DNA from: a virus
Virus record (IMG/VR): IMGVR_UViG_3300049435_000061
Location: 10,530 to 74,529 of that record
DNA length: 64,000 nucleotides
Reading direction: 5' to 3' (one strand)
The position numbers and the translations under genes are program-made. Every line of letters starts with the position of its first letter. Within the stretch, counting starts at the first letter, position 1. The notes beneath the pieces were generated by a model. That model did not search any database and was not told the origin of the DNA. It saw only the letters and a list, made by a program, of their open reading frames with translations. This document shows positions 60,604 through 64,000 of this stretch, one piece after another.

Positions 60604-60870
60604 TCATTGCGCCGACCGCCAGTCCGGCCCGTAGACGTCGGCAAAAACCTTGTACAACCTGGTGATGGCGGCTTCGTAGTTGAAACGTTCGGAAGGCCGG
60701 TCGCGCCAAGCTATTCCGGCTGCTTGGCGTTCAGCGGTGGCGCGTTCGATTCGTGCGCGTTGCTGTTCAGCGTGACCCGGCTCTAGCGGCCCCAGTGTGC
60801 GACCGGTGAGCAGGTTGTAGGTGCGTCGATGTTGGTGATGTTTGCCGCAGGTGCAGGCGATGGGGCACAT
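60604..60870 (-). CDS. hypothetical protein
   Basis: MCPIACTCGKHH start after hairpin. Confidence 0.55.
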   Translation of the reverse strand: MCPIACTCGKHHQHRRTYNLLTGRTLGPLEPGHAEQQRARIERATAERQAAGIAWRDRPSERFNYEAAITRLYKVFADVYGPDWRSAQ

Positions 60871-61036
60871 GATGATCCAATGGGGAGAGATGTGATGGAG
60901 GAAACCGGGCCGGGGAGCACCGTGGGTTACTGCCGGTATGAAGTTGTTTCCCCGGCACCGGTTTCCGGTCAGCGGACCAGCAGTGCTCGCAGCCACCATC
61001 GCAGCGCGAGCACCACCAGTGCGGTAAGGATCAGCG

Positions 61037-61534
61037 TCATGCGGCGACCTGTCGCCGTTTGCGGTTGTACCGATCCACCGACGCCTTGCGTTTCTCTGGG
61101 TTACGTTCAACCCAACGGCGCTTTGCGTCGCGTTGACACTGTGAACATCTGGTGCCACCCGCATTGGTATGCAGCATCGAGTTTGGGTGACCGTTGATGC
61201 ATTCACCCACCGGCCAGTCGCGGCCACGGGTACGGCGTCCATTCTCAAAGTTACTCAACAGGCGTAGATGTTTCACGTTGACACACCTCCGATCACATGT
61301 GGGCCGATGATCGACCGTCATGCCTGCGGGTATCTGGCCTTTCCGTGCAACCCATGCCGCACGGTGCGCTAGGGTCATACGAACTTTCGAGCCGTCTTGC
61401 CAACCGATCTGCGCATACCCGTGTGAAGCCACAGAGTATGTACTGATGTGACAGCTATTGCGACCCGGTGTCCAGTTGATGAACGCGCGGGCCGCAACTC
61501 GCAGCGGTATCGGAATGCCTTGGGAGAGAGGCAC
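61037..61534 (-). CDS. HNH homing-type endonuclease
   Basis: GY..I, AHR.AW....G.IP.G..VDH, CVN..HL, C.NGH. Confidence 0.88.
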   Translation of the reverse strand: MPLSQGIPIPLRVAARAFINWTPGRNSCHISTYSVASHGYAQIGWQDGSKVRMTLAHRAAWVARKGQIPAGMTVDHRPTCDRRCVNVKHLRLLSNFENGRRTRGRDWPVGECINGHPNSMLHTNAGGTRCSQCQRDAKRRWVERNPEKRKASVDRYNRKRRQVAA

Positions 61535-61539
61535 TTTGG

Positions 61540-62208
61540 CTAAAAGGGAGGCTCATCATCTGGCGGCGGCACACCGGCCCACGGGTCAGCGGCAGCGGCG
61601 ACGTACGGATCTTCCTGCGGCGCACGGTCTTCGGCGGGAACGGCGTCGCGCAGGCTGTAGTACGCCTTTTCGGCTTTCTCCACCCACGCCTGCGATTCGG
61701 CGTTGTCTTTCGGTGCCGTCACCTTCACCGGCCCATAGATGCCGACTGAACGTCCGCGCGGCACAGTGTTGAGCGTCGCCTGGTCGGTGATTTCGTTGCC
61801 GGTCGGGTTGCCTTGGGCGTCGTAAACCTGTGCGCGGTCGGTGATTTGGGTGACGATGTCACCGACGTTGATCGGTCGGCCCAGCTCGGTTTTGCTTTCG
61901 ATCCAGTCGCCGAACGCTTTGCCCCGTAGTATCAGGCGCACCAGTTCCTCGGGTTCGGGCACATGCTCGTCCTCGCCGAGACCGACGTTGGCGGTGGTGC
62001 CGGGCAGCGTCATGGCGGTGATCACCAGTTCTTGGCGTGCCTTGCCATCGGCTTTGCGCACCGCCACCATCTGGCCGGTGGCGTCGTCCTTTTTCTGCCG
62101 GTCGCGCTGGTTGACTTTGACGACGGCACCGTAAAACCGTTCGCCCAACGCCTGACGTTTCACCACCGGCAAACCTGGTGCGCGTTCCTCTTCGAGTGGG
62201 ATTCCCAT
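61540..62208 (-). CDS. putative ssDNA-binding protein
   Basis: beta-rich body, acidic tail ending DDEPPF. Confidence 0.65.
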   Translation of the reverse strand: MGIPLEEERAPGLPVVKRQALGERFYGAVVKVNQRDRQKKDDATGQMVAVRKADGKARQELVITAMTLPGTTANVGLGEDEHVPEPEELVRLILRGKAFGDWIESKTELGRPINVGDIVTQITDRAQVYDAQGNPTGNEITDQATLNTVPRGRSVGIYGPVKVTAPKDNAESQAWVEKAEKAYYSLRDAVPAEDRAPQEDPYVAAAADPWAGVPPPDDEPPF

Positions 62209-62232
62209 TTCTGTTTCCTAACTGTGTTGTGG

Positions 62233-62382
62233 TTATTCGGTTTTGGTGTTGTTGTGTTCGGCGAGTTTGTCCAGCACCGCCTGGTCGAGCTGTTTCATTT
62301 CACGGATTTCGTTGTGAAACACCCGCAATGCGCCCAGGCAAAAAGCGGTGTTGAAGGCGGCGAAAATGATTCGTTCAATCAA
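62233..62382 (-). CDS. 49-aa hypothetical protein
   Basis: TTG start; MIERIIFAAFNTAFCLG... Confidence 0.5.
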   Translation of the reverse strand: MIERIIFAAFNTAFCLGALRVFHNEIREMKQLDQAVLDKLAEHNNTKTE

Positions 62383-62401
62383 CGGGTGAACCCCCGGAAA
62401 C

Positions 62402-62462
62402 AAAAAAGGGCTGCCCCGGCGTGAGACAAGATTGGAGTCTAGAAGCCCAGCGCCGGGACAGC
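62402..62462 (-). terminator. large-loop intrinsic terminator
   Basis: GCTGTCCCGGCG/CGCCGGGGCAGC 12-bp stem, 29-nt loop, CCTTTTTTG tail. Confidence 0.75.
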
Positions 62463-62471
62463 TGGTCTATG

Positions 62472-62929
62472 TTACCACCCTGTGCGGGGTGCAGACGGTG
62501 TCGGTGTCAGGGCGCGCGCCAGCCGGTTGCTTTCTTGAAGCATCATCTCGATGCGCCTCAGCGACGCCACAATCTCACTGGTGTCGCAGTCAACAACCGG
62601 CTGGTCGGTGTCGTGGCCGGGTGCCAGCTCGCCGAACAGCAAGTGTTTGACGGCGTCGTAAGCAACCTGGCCGAGAATAGCGGCGAAGGCGTTCACGTCA
62701 GGATTCCCGCCTGCTCAAGGGCGATCAGGCGCTCAAACGCTATCGCGGTGTACCAGACGGCGAAGTTGGTTGCTTCCGGCGTTTCGGCGAAAGTCAATGC
62801 CAAATCGACAACCCGTTCGGCGGGTGTGTCGCGCACCGAACCTTCCTCGCATTCGCGGCGATATGTGGCTAGTGACTCATCGAAATGGTCGGTGGCGTAT
62901 TTGAATTTGAGTTCGCATTTTTGGCACAT
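62472..62929 (-). CDS. two small hypothetical genes (62472-62696, 62693-62929)
   Basis: GTGA-coupled ORFs. Confidence 0.6.
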
Positions 62930-62932
62930 GGT

Positions 62933-63616
62933 TTACCCCATTAACTCATCCACAACCGACTGCAAATCGGATATCGCGCCGGACAGCCGTTTGCAGAATC
63001 GTTGGGCCAGGCGCTTACGGGCTTTCGGCAGCAACTCTTCGTCGTCGTTGAGAATGTCTTTGAACGCCTGCACATTAATCAGCAGCGTGTCCACTTCGGC
63101 GGCGAAGTCTTCCACCACGTCGGCGGGTGTGCGCTCGACGTCGTCGGGTTCATCGTCAACCACCTCGGCGTCGATGACGTTGTCGTCGCGTTTCTTTCGT
63201 GGCTGCGGCGTGCCGTCCAGGCCTTCCACGGTGTCGGGCTTTTCGGCACCTTCGGTGTCGCGGCGCACCGTGGCCTCTGACACACCCAGCATGGCGGCGA
63301 CGGCGCGGTTGGATACGCCTTTACCGCTCATCAGGGAGGCCAGTGCTTTACGTTCCTCGCGGTCCGACAGCACGATTGACACGGCGTCCTTCAGATACGC
63401 AGGCCACGACGGGTATCCCAGTGCGGTGTGGATTTGACCGGTGGCGGCTTTGTTGAGCAGTTCGATCAACTTGTCCTGTTCGGTGGCAACACGGGCACCG
63501 GCCTGGCGGATCTGCTTGTCCAGAACCCGTGCTTTACCTTCCGACAGCGGCTCTGGTGTGTTCACGACCTCGGGCGCGTTCACGACCTCGGGTTCGATAA
63601 CGGCTAGCTCGGTCAT
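62933..63616 (-). CDS. HTH DNA-binding protein
   Basis: LGYPSW..Y; G.SNRAVA..LGVSEATVRRD HTH. Confidence 0.8.
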   Translation of the reverse strand: MTELAVIEPEVVNAPEVVNTPEPLSEGKARVLDKQIRQAGARVATEQDKLIELLNKAATGQIHTALGYPSWPAYLKDAVSIVLSDREERKALASLMSGKGVSNRAVAAMLGVSEATVRRDTEGAEKPDTVEGLDGTPQPRKKRDDNVIDAEVVDDEPDDVERTPADVVEDFAAEVDTLLINVQAFKDILNDDEELLPKARKRLAQRFCKRLSGAISDLQSVVDELMG

Positions 63617-64000
63617 GATGACTGTGTACTCCAATCTTGTTGCAAACGTTTCAGCAGTGCGGCACGTTGCTGCATTGCCTCCCTCACCGGCTCGGTGAGA
63701 AGTCCCATTTCACCTGTGTTGCGCCACAACACCCGCAGTTCGACCAGCGAACCGGCGCGCGACGCTATGTCGATGGCCTCGGCCTCGGTGGGTGGCGTCG
63801 ACGGTTGCCGTTTAGCAACGGGCCGTTTCTTCGGTTTACGCTTACGCGCCAACGCTTGACGTTTGTCCATCGGTCAACTCGTGACGGCGGGTCAGGATGG
63901 CTTGCTTCAAATCCTCGGTGAGGCAGAACGCGCGGCTGGCGTCCTTCCAGATGGTGCGTAGTTCAGCCTCGGTGGTGGCGTCCAACACCGCCGTGGTGAA
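63613..64000 (-). CDS. 63613-63870 hypothetical plus 3' end of upstream gene (63842->64000) with a similar helical domain
   Basis: both contain A....ELR..W......LTE.. Confidence 0.55.

Noticed and set aside
1-64000. Integrase/attP, immunity repressor, tRNA, DNA polymerase
   Set aside because: None recognised in this window; lifestyle cannot be called because the genome continues beyond both edges

Overview
This window is most of the genome of a GC-rich tailed actinobacteriophage (siphovirus-like; tail and lysin genes resemble those of mycobacteriophages). Almost all genes are on the minus strand. In transcription order (high to low coordinates) it holds: (1) an early/replication region (64.0-43.35 kb) with an HTH protein, SSB-like protein, three HNH nucleases, SLOG, NrdH, MazG, a papain-like protease, DUF3310, dozens of tiny CxxC proteins, a split prim-pol plus helicase, an iteron-type origin, RusA and a Zn-finger/HTH regulator; (2) a promoter-terminator junction (43.35-43.25 kb) opening the late region, which carries a packaging HNH, a ParB plus ABC-ATPase/GNAT module, terminases, HK97-type head genes, tail genes, a lysin A split over three genes, a second fibre module and a holin/membrane cluster; (3) the only plus-strand gene (a leaderless lipoprotein) and a divergent promoter driving another operon that runs off the left edge. 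No integrase, obvious repressor, DNA polymerase, tRNA or CRISPR array was recognised. The best novelty candidates are a three-gene endolysin whose two catalytic subunits share a C-terminal LLIPGV tail, a conserved start-associated RBS motif (AACAAGATTGGAG) with antisense copies in RNA hairpin/leader elements, a dispersed palindromic operator, and a packaging-linked ParB/ABC-GNAT putative DNA-modification module. All family assignments are from motif recognition by eye; no database searches were run.
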